NCBI GenBank assembly: GCA_000934665.2
Contig: JYFJ02002929.1
Span: 1-51,990 of the forward strand
DNA length: 51,990 nucleotides
Reading direction: 5' to 3'
Source of the DNA: Catajapyx aquilonaris
Taxonomy: Eukaryota
Under the pieces are notes generated by a model, which did not search any database, was not told the origin of the DNA, and worked only from the letters and a program-made list of their open reading frames with translations. How positions within the stretch are numbered: the stretch's first letter is position 1; every line of letters starts with the position of its first letter. The position numbers and the translations under genes were made by a program. Of the stretch, positions 1 to 13,578 are shown in pieces.

Positions 1-1124
1 TAGTAGTGACTTATATTACCAAGGAGTATCTCCACCATGCCTGAAAATATGGGGTGTGTAGGTATAACAGGTAGGTATATAAAAATTCAAATGTGCAAAA
101 GTGGTCCACTGTGCCCCGGTCTCCCCTAATATTATTTTAGTCCGCAGTCTTATTTTGCATCGTTCTGAGCTAAGTGCGCATTTGCTTTTTCAACCGCGAA
201 AAGTATTTTATATTTATGATGTTTACTTTGAAAAGGAGATTACACTGCGCACGTGGTTCTTGCCTTTATTATAGTGACACACATGTCACTGTCGGCTGTA
301 AACACAGAATCTGCGAATAAGTTTGAGGTTGTTTTGCCCCACACCTCCCATATACGTCGTACCTGCGCTTATTTCCCATGGGATCTGGGAATCATCTGAG
401 TAATGTATCCGAACCTGACCTTCTCAACGTTACAACTCGATTGGCTTCTTTTTCCAGACGCATGAGTCAAAAAAAGGTGGAAATCTCAGTGAAGGAATTT
501 ATAAAAATACTGCAGTATTACTATTTTAGAAGATGGCAAGGTTGCTATGACGTTCAATACCACGGCGACATGGCAAGGTTGATAAAAGAATAATAATCAA
601 GGAGCGTAATAGCGCTTTATTTGGAATGCAGTGCACTCTAATTAAAATAGAAAGTGAATAGATGAAAGAGAAGAATTTGTTATAGGGGGAAAGGGACAGC
701 GAATATGGAAAAGGAGAATATAAGATTGATGAGAAATGTCGGATTCCTTCGAAATGAATACAATGGCGTCTTTCTGCAGTTATGCAGCTATCATGAGCAG
801 CTCTAGAGAGAGTGATGGATTGCACGAAATCTGGAGAAAAAGAGGTAATCAGCTAATGCAATACGCGAGAAGTAAACGGGACCATTATAAGCCATAATGC
901 TGTGAAATTCCAGATAGGCAAAATAAGTGCGCCGATTAATCAGCAAGATGGACGAGGGAATCTCGCGAAAATACAAGATTAGAATATTAAGACTGACCAC
1001 CACAGAAAAGTCAACGGAGCATACCGTATTTTGTAAGCAAGTATTTTATATTGATTTAAAAAAATGTTCTGGCTACGAACAAAATTATTGCAAAATTGCA
1101 ACGATAACATAAGTAATTAATACT

Positions 1125-1317
1125 TAGAGTCCGGATTTTTAGGCAAATGTGTTTTTGCTATGGTTGTGATCTTATATTTTATACTTTAGGCCTATAAAAT
1201 TATTCTAGCTTTTTAATTTTTTGTAACATTATCCTCCTTACGCCCGAAAAAGTAAAAATTTTGCTCCTATTTGAGGTTTTTTCGTGCCTATTTAAGTGCC
1301 TAAAAATCCGTACTCTA
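1125..1317. mobile_element. MITE, hAT-like terminal inverted repeats
   Basis: TAGAGTCCGGATTTTTAGGCA ... TGCCTAAAAATCCGTACTCTA form 21-bp TIRs with 2 mismatches around an AT-rich non-coding interior. GTAATTAAT occurs on both flanks, slightly offset on the left. Confidence 0.7.
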
Positions 1318-1544
1318 GTAATTAATGTGCATGTCAGCACGCGAGCAAGATGAAGGTTCCCCCTTCATATCCATCACCTTACTAGAGTGCTGACAGTTGT
1401 ATACCATGAGGATTCATTTGTCGGAATTTATTTTGACGTGCATGTCTCATTGACCTTTGTAGCCGAGTAACAGAGCGAATTTCGCAAAAAAAAATTATCC
1501 CATAAATTATCGACTTTAAACATTACATAATTATGTCTATTTGA

Positions 1545-1607
1545 AAATCGAACCCGAGACCACATAAGACGTGTAGGTAGCGGGGCGTTACTCCCGACCA
1601 GACCACG
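1545..1607 (-). mobile_element. Degenerate tRNA-derived SINE head fragment
   Basis: The minus strand reads CGTGGTCTGGTCGG...GGTCTCGGGTTCGATT, giving A-box-like and B-box-like motifs at tRNA-like spacing. No intact cloverleaf is apparent. Confidence 0.35.
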
Positions 1608-4600
1608 TGCCCTGAGACACTCTATAGCGCCAGGCTATAAAGTGTGCGTCAGGTTCATCCCTATAACAGCATTCTTTATTCGTTGTGCAAGGACATTGTC
1701 CCCCCTCTAATGACGCGGTATCGCTTATAAAAATATAAGTGCTTTCAAAGCATGACTTGCAAATATTAGGTAGAAATGCGCTGTTGTGGGACCTACAATG
1801 TCGTTTGCATTTTTATGGCCGATTTGAAGAGCCCGACCGCATCCAACCTCTTATCAAGACTCATTACCGTCCAGGAATAACGGTTTGATACACTTAACTT
1901 GTGCATGTACGCGCTCAATCCATTTATGAAACGTTGAAAATAGAGTAGTTGTTATAATGTAGTGCGGTATAGTATAGGCTTATGTTAAACACACGACTGC
2001 CACTGTCAACGTTTATTTGAGTTTTACTGTGTATGCCGTACAAGTTGTTTGGGGAGGGGGAGGGGGGTTCTAAGACGAAATATGTGCATATATGGATGAT
2101 TTTATTAATACATACCGGTAATACAATATAATAAAACAATGAGTTCATTACAATACATTCCAAATCTTTTATAGTAACATACTACTGTATTAAAATGTAA
2201 GGCAAATGATAAGAGATTACTGACAATTCTGTCATATATATTAAATAATTACATAATAAGAGTAATTTTCCACTTACATTTTCTCACTTTCATTATTTTA
2301 TTTTGTATACTTGTACATCCCTTTTGCGACTATACTATTTCATGAACTGATATAAACTGACATAAACTGGAATAGAACTAGTCATGACCACAGTTAGCAG
2401 CATAAACGCCCACAAACTGGGCAAAACTTCCTTAAACATTTAATCCGACCTAGTCAACAAGCAAAAAATGAAAAAGTAGGTGACCACCTACGACAGAATT
2501 GTTTTCCAGTGTCTTTTTGGTCGGTGATTCCACCTTTGATTCTATTTTCCCCACAGTATATGAAAGTAGAACACATCCCCACTAGGATCGCAAAGCTACG
2601 CGAAACTAATCTCGTGAGACGTGCGACACCATTGCGTAAGCATGTTATTCGCATACGTCATGAGTCGCAGTGCTCAATGGACATTGGCAAAGATCCATTT
2701 CTCCTTTGAATGGCCCTTCTCGACGGTCTCAGATTATCGCTCGCTTCTCGAATTCAAATTGCTTGTCGGATGATGACGTTCTCGGAAACTGAAAGACGCT
2801 GACCGTGTATGGGGTGTGTCAGAGTAAAATTCCGTAGAACTGGATTATCCTTGGGGGAATACGAGAATATTATCAAGTTCTGGGGAATGGAGAGGGGCGT
2901 GTGAGTCCTTGGGATTACGTGTGGTTCACAATTCTGGATCCGGGGAATGAACTGAAAGCACGACATTTTTTTTTTTTTGAATTTGTGGTAATGAATTGGG
3001 CTGCAGCTGTATTTTGGTGGATTCCTGAATGTGTGGAATAACAGCGACTGGAATGTTTTTCCTCATACCTATGCTGGTCCAGGTTGGCATCTGTGAGTTA
3101 AGAGGGGGATAGGGAATTCTCCGGAATTCCTTTAGTTCAAATATGTCCGCACCAGGCGACACTCGATTTCCTGTCATCTATGGACAAAATTCAAAATTAT
3201 TTCATATTTTTTATAATGTATATCAATCGGTAGTAAATAATTACCTTCCTGAGACACTGAAAAAAAATTGTTTCACTAGAAATGGTAATTCAGCGACACC
3301 TGACCTTATTACAAGGCTCAGTGCCAGTGAACCTACACCTACACTAGTGACACAAAAAGAACCAATGTTATTAGTGCTAGGAGGATGCGTTGTTATGCCT
3401 GGCTTCCCATGCAGCCTGTACAATATATGTCCTCCTCCAGTCAGAGTGGGCCACAAAGAAATTTAAAATCCTATGTCATCGAACGTGAGACGAGCTGGTA
3501 TTTTCCTTTACAAATTCGGCATTTTCCCAGGGGCAGATTTGCTTTCATTTGCGTCCTCCACTGGTTTGCTCCTGAGGCAATGGTCGTTGCTTATGCGGTA
3601 TATAGGTTTGAATAAAGGGATGTGGTATAGTCTCTCTGTGCCTCGCGGGATCAAATGCAGCTGACAGGGCCTCAAGATTGAAATATTTGGTTCAAATACC
3701 CGTAGGTGAAAGGGCAATTGCGAGGGCATGCATTGCTACAAACAGGTCGGTGCCCTGTTTTGGGCATCTAATTCTTTTGTGGTTGTAGAAATTACCTGGG
3801 TTATGTAACCCAACTGGGCGACCTTTGACCTATCCATTGTGTTTCACGGCAGGTAACTATGGGAAAGTTTGGAAGTCGGGTGTCAAGGTCAGCCACCTTG
3901 ATCTTTCCATGCGCGTAATTTGCATGTGTGATTACATCACATATGCGGCCAGACCAAAATACCGCGTCAAAAAATTCTGAATGAGATCTGACATGTGCAC
4001 ATCAAGTGCGTCGAATACCTGACGGGACATTGAGGCAGAAATAAGCAACTGTCCCAAAATAATTTTATAACCGCCACAGGAATTTCTATGCAGTGCAAAT
4101 ATGATGTCGGAGCATGCTAGCTATGTACTTTCGGGGAGCACCTTGTTTATGAATAGGACTCGGTGAGTATGCCAGTAGTATGTCAGGACGCATTTGCACG
4201 CGTCATGCTCTTAATAGCGGTAATAAATTAACGTTGCTATAGCTCTCCCTAGCTGTAAATTAGAATCGAACAGACGCGGCTGCCTGGTATCTTTTGGGCT
4301 TCGTCTAACCTTTTAATCGTCCTTACCTTGTGGTGAGAATAGTTATTTACTACGTATTTCCAAATTAAGAGGAAAAAACATGTCTGATTTATTCAGAAAG
4401 TATTGTCCTAATTTACAGCAAAATCCCATGTGAAAAACTATGTTGGGCAGTATTACAATAATTTTCGCTGCACATTAATACAGTTCCTGTGTCATAGACA
4501 ACCAAAATTTGACATTTTTATGGGAAAACACACCAATATTAATCCTTTACAGACAAGAAGTTAAAGCTGCAGTTATAGCATGTCATGCAGTAAACTTTGC

Positions 4601-7600
4601 TGAGCAACAAGGTTCTATATGAGAGCAAAAAAATGGGACTCCTGCTCAAGTACTACGGTGATGAAAAGTGCACCATAGATAAACCGGACACTTCCCATAT
4701 TTGCCCCTTCATATATTTCACGACCTCTCAGGTGTTCTATAGAAGAGTGGCTCTGACTTCCGTCTTGGCGGCCTATCTACACTCCACGATGTTTTCCTAC
4801 TTAATTTATATGGGCTCAGGGACGAAAGTACTTAACGGAAGGTTACTTATTTTTGGCTCTTGGCTATGGACATCTATTTGTCCGGCAATATATTCCAGTT
4901 ATATTTAGTCCCCGCTCAGGTGGGTGTCTGTTGGTATGCCACCTAGGAGCATCACATCGTAAGGCACGCGAGAATTGGCATCAGTGATATAATACTGCAC
5001 CGGTTGCAAAGTGTTACTATGTGCATTTTTCGAAGGGGTATCCCAATTTATTGGACTGAAAATGCATTACAGGCTAGTCATTATTTGCGATCGGCCAAGG
5101 CATATTTACTCCTTGGCAGTGCAAACATCCTCCCTTGGTTACATCCAAAAGTATTTGAGTCATCCCTTCTTCGATGGCAACAGATTTTTATATGGGAAGC
5201 AAAAGCATTAATAATGGTTGCCTGGGAGGCGTCTTACATCTTGGTATGTCTGGAGTTTCGGCTCAGATGGACGCCATGATGACCAAGGCTGGACGGCCGT
5301 ACTGGCGCCGAGTAAATAGGATTTGGCCTCTGTACCAAACAATTTCTGGGAAAAATCCTCGGTGAAGTTTGTACATAATCATGCGGATCCAGTGCGGGCG
5401 GAAATGTTTATTGTAATGCTTTCACAGAAGAGAGAATTGCTCAAATGCGAGGGAGGACCCAAAATGTCACGATTGTATTTTGGTACTAATCCTAAAATGT
5501 CATCGTTCACGTAACTGTTCGGTATAAGGAGACAACGCTGAGAGCCAAGAGGCGGTCAATAAGTCGATCACTTTTTTTTCATCTTGTAGTCTTGCAGGGT
5601 TCTAAAGGATGATTATTCAACAGTTTGACCTAAAGCATGAAAGATTTGCCTGATGCTGTAAGCTTTTTCATAATATAACAAGTGCCAATTCTACAGGTGT
5701 TACGTAATTGGTGTGTCTCTGTTGATTTTTAAGTTAAAAGCTGCATAATATTATGACAAATTGGAGTGTGTGTTGCAAAATTTATTTATTACAAAAATTG
5801 GGAACTTGGCTGAATTGGTATTTTAAGAGGTTATGTAATAATGTCTAGTAGCAATAATAATACTATCATTCGGACCGGAAACATTCTGCATGAAATTATA
5901 GTTTGCAGAATATTGTCACTCTAAAATGAAGAGCCCCTAATAGCATCCAGACAGAGCAGCGGTGATTGCAGGCCTCTCTGCCGTCTGGCCAGCAATAATT
6001 ACTTTAACTCTGGTCCCCTAGTACAACGCAAGGATCGTTAAACTCCAAACCATTGATAATGTCCCATCCAGCTTGAATCCCTTGAGCAGCAGAATTTTCC
6101 TGACAAGAGATCCCAGCTTCCTCAGCGTTTTCAGCATAAGATGGATTCAATGCGTCTCTCCTCCTCCTCTCATTAGAATACATTGTGCTCCACAAGTAGG
6201 ACCGAAATTTTCTGGTGGCACGTGTATTCCTACCAGCTTGGCGGGGAGTCCCATTGACAAACTATGTTTACCACAGATCTTGGGAGATCCAGTATTTTTT
6301 TCGTGAGTTGGCCGAACCAAGTAGTTAAGTCTGAAGGGTGGTTAGGTTGGATTAATAGGAATCGTCCGGTTCTGTTGGAAAAGGTTGTGGGTAGATGAAC
6401 AATAGAACGACTGATGCAGAAAAACGGAAAAATTTATATGGTATTGTTGCATCAATGCACTGGAGCCAACTCACTTTCAATTTTCAACACACGGCGGCAC
6501 AAATATATTACAATGTCGTTTATTTCGCCCACTCGTACGCTTGATGTCAATTACACAAAAATTACTGTTACTCTTGAAACTATCTGCAGAAGAATGGGCA
6601 TGAAGCTGGATTAAACTGGATAAACGCGGATTAATTAGCTGGCGGATCATCCCCGCATAACGAATTCGGACCATGCAACGTTTGGTGTCATTGACATTTA
6701 TTTTATATATACAGTATTTATTGTTATATTGCAAAGTGGAGCCTACCAGCTTAGCACTAGTTCGCATCTAAACGTAGCCTTCAATTACTGTCAATGTCCC
6801 CTACGTCGCTCCCCATTTATATTATTGTTGGTACAAGTCCAACGCTTATGAAACGTTGTGAATCCAACGTGTTTACAAGAATGTGTGGCAAAGAACAAGG
6901 TTCGGACGTGGATTTACACCCTCCGTTCATCGTCAGCGTCCACGACACGTCCAATCCGGTCCAAACCCTGCGACTAACCGGCGGCAACACTTCCGCTCCT
7001 TCAAGACGGTACAGTAACAGTACAGTACAGTTACCCGGTGACGTCATGTGCACCCCTGTAAACAACTAGTGAAGCCAAATGCATTTGAGTATAATTGTCT
7101 CTGATGTCATCCGATGGTTGTTGAGTGATCGTGTTCTTCGTAAGATTCGACCATGAACCTTGGCTTAGGCATTTAAGCCCAGTTCCACTTCTGCGAACTA
7201 CTTTCAAGGTTGGATGAGTACAGGCAACGGCCTTTTTGGTAAGCTATGGCCGAAAAATAGGTTTGTCAACAGGCCAAATGCATTGGAGTGCGGTGACTGC
7301 AATTAGTGCGACCTAACCTAACTCGTGAATAATATATAAGAGGCGGCTTTTTTGTCGTGTGGGTTTGCTTTTGACCGTGGCCGACATATGCGTGGATGCA
7401 ACATAGTATTTTGGGATTATTAGGGGAAAAAAGCGCGGGATGTATTTCAGGGGAAAGTGAGGCAAATTGAGATATGAGAACTCTAATTGGACTAGGCGGG
7501 GTTATCCACCTTTGGCGTAAATAAGTGAAAAAGTCAGCCTTATGGACTATTCATAGTTCTGTAGCATTTCTGTAGGTGGAAAACGTCACAGGAAGCAATT

Positions 7601-7627
7601 GCGTGTACACCAGATTTGATATGGGCG

Positions 7628-7671
7628 TTATTATTATTATCATTATCATTATAATTATTATTATTATCATC
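7628..7671. repeat. Imperfect (ATT/ATC)n microsatellite
   Basis: ttattattattatcattatcattataattattattattatcatc. Confidence 0.9.
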
Positions 7672-10600
7672 GGCGCAGTTAGAGCATATATGGAAATGCG
7701 TTGTTTCGCAAGGACCGGGCTCCTCTTTGGGAAGTTTGGCAAGGATTTCCGACTTCATGGCAACTTATGCTGAATTTTTTCGTTGCATTGTCGACGCCGA
7801 TTACGTCGATTTAAAATTGGCGGCGGGGTGGCGAGGCGGTGAGGACTGCAAGATATTGCTGCATTAACTCTATGTTGATTTTTAGCCAAGGGTATTAATT
7901 ATTAATCAAGCGTTTTGGTTAATTATTCAAAATGGGTACAATTTGCTGCCATTCTGTCCATTTGCACTCTGACATTTAGAGATTTGGAATGACACCACCA
8001 TTGATGTCATACCAGTGCAGTGGACGCAAAGGCTGCGACTTTCCAAAATGTAATAAATGGAGTGCAGAATCGTCAAGATTTAAGGAAACATTCTGCAGCA
8101 TTCATGAACGGCTTACAGAGAGTTGGATAAAGCGTGCCTCTTAATTTACACAGCAATTAAATTAAGTTGCAGTAAAATTTCACTGGCATCAGTACACATT
8201 AAGTTGTTTACATCTTCCCTAACCTACTCCTTCAACTATTTTCCCATAGAGAACTCTTCACCACGTAATTAAGGTGCTGCTAACAAATGCAACTTGACTT
8301 GCACATGTGCAGCGAACTTATTTTGCTTTTTTTTTGCATAACCCCAATGGCGCTCTTGACGATATCCATATCCAATATAGTTTATTAGAAAATGCTTGGC
8401 TCTCAACCTATGCGCAGGGGTTAGTGTCCTTAGGACTACGCGCCATTACTTATCAGGTAATTATTTACTGAAACCGTCCAGGAGCTACCTTGAGTGTGCC
8501 ATCTACGACTCGACAAGCTGTTTTTAATGACAAAAGTTTGGCACAATTTTTGTAGCACGCGACTGCTGAGATTTATTAAAGGTAAATACACTCGAGAGAT
8601 TTGTAGCGACTTGGAAAGAGTGTACTAATTTCCCGGCTAGTTTGCCTCGGGCCACTATGTTTGGCCTTAGGGAGGAAAAGGGTGGCCCCAGTCCATTACA
8701 GATCTATGTCTGGAGGAGGAGGAGGGTAATTGTTCACTGTCGGAGGGCATGTCAGTTGGTCCATGTCCACTGCCACCACCCACCGCATTGCCTTTTCTTT
8801 GGCAAAGGCATGGGCTTCCGTTGCTCTCACTTACACATGCCTTGCCAAGTGTAAGGCATCTCGGGAGCTAAGTATAAAAAAGTGGGTCTAATTTACCTAC
8901 AGTGAAGAAACCGGATTGGACTTTTGAAGACGATGCCGGTTTGGAATTTGGGAGCCATGTTGGATCACGTGATTGCAGCTACTGGGATTGGTTCAACTGG
9001 CGCATGCGCATAGACGTCCATCTTATTTTGACAATATAAAAATCAGAGTAACTGCCACGATTTATTCGAGATATCACTCCATAAATTGCAAAAATATTAT
9101 GCATGATATTTGGCTCAAGGTTTGCTTCCTTTTGCATAAGACGCGCCTGTCAATCCCGACACGAAATTAAGAAGCCGCGACGAATGTCAACGGCAATCAG
9201 ACGGCGTCTCCTACGTAATATTTGCTTTGATTCAGCTACGCATCTAATTGTCTAGTCTGGAGGTCATATCAATTGGTTTTGTGCACAGTCCGTTTACGTC
9301 ATAGTACAAATCTACAAACCTATCATTTGATCTAATACACGTGGCGGTATAAGAGATCTTATTAGCTTCCTTCAACCACTTCTTAATTTGAGGCTGTTTT
9401 GGCGGGGTAAAAATACCTGCGTATTTTCCTTTTTTCCTTGCAAGAAGTTGTAAAGAAGCAAGGAAATATTTATAGAATGGGTTACCCACCCATTCATTTC
9501 CCGACTTATTTCATAACATGCATTACGCAATTTCGGTTTAAGATTCAAAAATCTAGCGGTTTGTATAGTTTCGGATGAAAGGTGCGATATTTCTTAAGTG
9601 TTGAACAAAAATGCGTGGAAAGACATCGGGGAACCAAATAAGCCGCTTTCCTTGAATTTCGTATTATTTTCGGTTCAGAGGCGCCAGACTTAATTTTTTG
9701 AGTTGTATTCTGTACAGTGTGCCAAAGGTCACCATCTACGTTGTGCTGTCGATGTAGGTTTCCGCTCTTCCTGGAAAAGCATCTGGTGTTGTCTGTTATG
9801 GCCTTCACATTCCTCCCTATACCCACTTCCCCCGCCATTCTCCAATGTCCCTTGATCTGAAAAGTGCCAAAAATCTGATTTCGAAAACGCAAGATTCACT
9901 TAAAGTTATTTTATTCAATAAGTTATCTCTCGAAACATAGAAAAGAAGAGATGTATTATACAAAACTCTGTCACAGCCAGTTCTTTTTAAAAATATCCTC
10001 GTTGCGAAATATTCCCAGGTCTCACCAGACCGCATATTTTTCGTCTCTCATTTGGTACAACACACGAAACAGAAAATTACATTCAATCGAATAACTTACC
10101 GAAGACATAGTGACTTGTAGTTTTATATCACGATACTCAACATCAAACAAATGAAACAACACAACACTCTGGTCTGAAATGATCTGTTGATAATAATGGA
10201 GGTATACAAAACAAATATTTAGAATTAAGTGACCTGAGGGGTACACATGTGAAGCATTGAGCTCAAAGGAGTCGTTGTTGAGTGGAACGACTTACTTTTT
10301 TTTAAAGTACACCCTTTACGAAGGAACTTATAACCGACTTAAGACAGGAAAGGGAGGGACTATTGTTGTCACAACAATTGTATTACGACGTACACAGAAG
10401 AGTACCATCACAGTTCCCACAAGCATTACAGTTGGACAGCGGTGTTCAAAGAAAGTTAGAATGCCTGTTTAGGCGGTACGGTACAGTCGTACCGTCGAGT
10501 AGAATGGACATTGCGTTCAGTGATAGTGTCGACAATAACGGTATGGATATGTGATGCATGTGAGACAATCAACATAATCCAACTTGTGCCCTGTATTGTT

Positions 10601-10943
10601 GAGGGCACCCCCGAATTCCAGAAATGGACAACAACGTCACTGACCGTGTCACAAAAGGCCCGGTATAGTAATGGGCACGCGGTTTTCAGTCTTTAACAGA
10701 GAGTAAACCGACTCCCAGGAGGGAGCAAACATGGGTACCGTACTTGAACCGGAAGGTCATCTGAAGACCAACAAACTCCGGAGGTACCAGCATCAACCAA
10801 GCGAGGTCATCAACCTCATGAGTGGAACATATCCGACCCGTACGACGAACAAGCGTCAAAAAAGCCGAGTTTCCAACTCTGATAATTTCTCTTTCTTGGA
10901 TTTAAAAAAGGCCTCAAAGGTCAACATATCAGAGGTCGAGAGT

Positions 10944-13578
10944 TCAGAGGGACAAGGCCGGGGGTGATGTCTGCCGCCTTTTGATGACGCTTTGACGGTG
11001 CAGGTCGGACTTGTTACATACGGTGACCGTCCCACTCTGGGTCACCGGAGGACTGTTCTTCCCTATAAGCGTCCCAAACATCTTGGACACCGAGAACTTC
11101 CGGGTCTTCTGCAAACTGTTGAGGCTGCGGCACTCAGTTATGAGATATTCAAAGGCCTGGTACACCTCAAAGCTGTTCTCGGCCACGGACACCTCAAAGA
11201 AGTGGCATCCAGCTTGCAATGCTGCAGTACGACCTTCGACCTCTTCCACCTTTGAAACAAACGGATCATTAGACTCAAGCCGGGACACCACAGCCAGATC
11301 AACTCACCTCTCGTAAGTGCTCCAAATCACTCTTGTTGCCCAGAAGGACCACAGGCATGTTGTTGACGGTACGGATTTTCTGCAGATTCTCCAGTGCTTC
11401 CAACGCATAATGAAATGACGATTTGTCCGTAATGGAATAGACCACAACGCAGGCGTCCGCCCATTGAACTTGTTCCAGAGGAAAGGTCGTGTCACTCTGA
11501 AATGAACAGAACACGCTCATTAAAATAATTATTTTATGTGGCGTTTCAGTCGACCCCGATTGCACACCCAGTTCATAACCCTGACTTTGGCACCGGCTCT
11601 AAACCACAAACTAGCAGTTAGGACCAGTTCCAGAATCTGCAAGGCTGGTGCCATTGCCCAAAAGAGGGTGTGACGAAACCCCCCTTTTAAAGTCTAGATT
11701 TGTACTCACCGGTCCGTTGGAGACGTCTATAATCTCAGCTTCTAGAGAGGCGTTGTTGATGCTAACCACTTGCCGGTACAGTAAATCTGCAGAAGAAGAC
11801 AGGGACTCTTGCAACATTACCGTCAAGGGGAACATCTGGGTCGCTGACTCACAGGCCATTTAACCATTTTACACGACCCCACCCCCTCACCCGTTGGCAC
11901 CTTCCTAACATACTACGTCTCATTATTCCGTCTCCAAAGAAAAAAAAGAAGAGGAGGAAGAAGCTACATGGCGACGGTATTCCGAAGTTTATATATCGGG
12001 ACGATCTGGAGAGGAAATTCGCAAGGTCACCTTGCGCGTGTGTTCCAAATCTGCTCTCTAGTGACGTTCCTCCAAAGTTTTTTTAAAACTCGACTCAATG
12101 AAACCAGGTACGGAAATGGGTCCGGTAGAGGGCATCGTGCTTGTACTGACCCCTATCGGATGGGCGGATAAACTTCCGCATATTTGTGCCGTACCTAACA
12201 GACGCGTATGTAATTCGTCCCATCCCCACTTCTAAATGCCCATGGAAGTTTGATATATAGGTGGGGTCAAAAACTCAATAACTCACAATTTTGCACGGTG
12301 TTTTAGAGCGGTTGTTCTAAGCAAATACGTGCCTTGGCAGCAGCCTTTTCTGAAGGAGGACCATCTCCATAGGCAAAGTGCCAAGGTTCCTCGATGAGCG
12401 ATCAGCTGATTAAATTTAGGAGAAGGAAGACGCCCGGCGCCTGTAGTTTTTTGGAAAGTCCAACTAGTGATTGTGGCGCCGTCTGTGTCCAAAAAAAGAA
12501 CCATTGTTGACAAAACTACAATAGAAAGTTGCACTGGCCATATAACCCAATGTTTACGTTGGAACTAGTGGCAAGACTTGAAAATGCCTCCACGTCTCAT
12601 ATATCGACCAAAGAGTGGTCATAAAATGTTGAGGGAATTCCCTGACGTAACTAGAGCATGATTTCATTTCAGGGTTGTTAATTGCCGTTGGGGATTGGAT
12701 ACATAAATGATTTGTTGTGTAGCCGTCCTATATTTAGGAGCGGTCAGAAATTATATCACTATTCCCAGGGAGCTTCCGCAAATAATGGAGTTACGAGAGA
12801 AAAAAAGGTGCGACCTTGACTTTTTTTTTGTGGTCTACTGCTATGTCCGGAGCCTTCGGACATTTCCGGCGCCGAATTGCTACCAGATTGCTTCTGTTTC
12901 CCCCCAAGAAGTTGGCCATTTGCCCACTACTGAAATTCGCACTTTATGGGAGACCTTTCTTACGACAGGACAAACATGCGGAGGAATTGGGACGATAAGT
13001 CATCAAGCGAACCTCGAACCCGCTCTTTTTGGCTTTCGAAACTTGCTAAGGCCATTTGGGCATATTATGATTAAATTTGGCCAAATCGTGGATATGGGTG
13101 AGTCAGCTCCCATTGAATACAAAACACCCCAGAAGTGGAGCAAGTAAACTTACCAGTGTTTGATCGGTATTCCCCAATGAACCGTTTGGTGAGGTACCGC
13201 ACCGTCAGGGCTGTAAAGACATAGAAAAATATATGTCAAGTCAACAATGAACCTTTCCGGTTTTAGCAGCTCAGAAAACCAGGTCAAAAGGACTATCCAC
13301 GCAGTCTGGGGAAATCCCCCTTGGTCGTAACTCATGACATTAGTGAGAAATTGGGGTCATGTTGTTATCTTCTTGGCAATTTGTAACCTCCCCTGAACTA
13401 TCCCAGTAGCCTACAATCCTAGATGTCTGAGCCGTTTTTGGCACCAGCCACCCCCCACCTAGTGCCTTCCTAAATAAAAGAAAATGGGTGTGTCCTCACC
13501 TGATTTGCCCACGTTGCACCTGCCCAACACAGCTATTCGCACTCTGAGGTGACCTGGGTTCTTCTCCTCTGTCCTCAT
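10944..13578 (-). CDS. RERG/RERGL/RASL11-12 family Ras-like small GTPase, 5 coding exons, ~235 aa
   Basis: Exons (minus) 13578-13500, 13210-13154, 11786-11710, 11496-11308 and 11249-10944 have GT-AG boundaries and sum to 708 nt in frame. Protein: MRTEEKNPGHLRVRIAVLGRCNVGKS-ALTVRYLTKRFIGEYRSNT-DLLYRQVV..IIDVSNGP-..QWADACVVVYSITDKSSF..VVLLGNKSDLEHLRE-V..FFEVSVAE. 'ALTVRYLTKRFIGEY' and 'WAD.CVVVYSITD' are typical of the RERG/RASL11/12 group. In-frame upstream ATGs exist (ORF from 13692). A donor-like GGTAAG at 13800 suggests a 5' UTR intron instead. Confidence 0.9.

Noticed and set aside
105..128. CCACTGTGCCCCGGTCTCCCCTA as a DNA-transposon terminus
   Set aside because: It resembles a TIR end, but the partner end would lie outside the window and cannot be confirmed.
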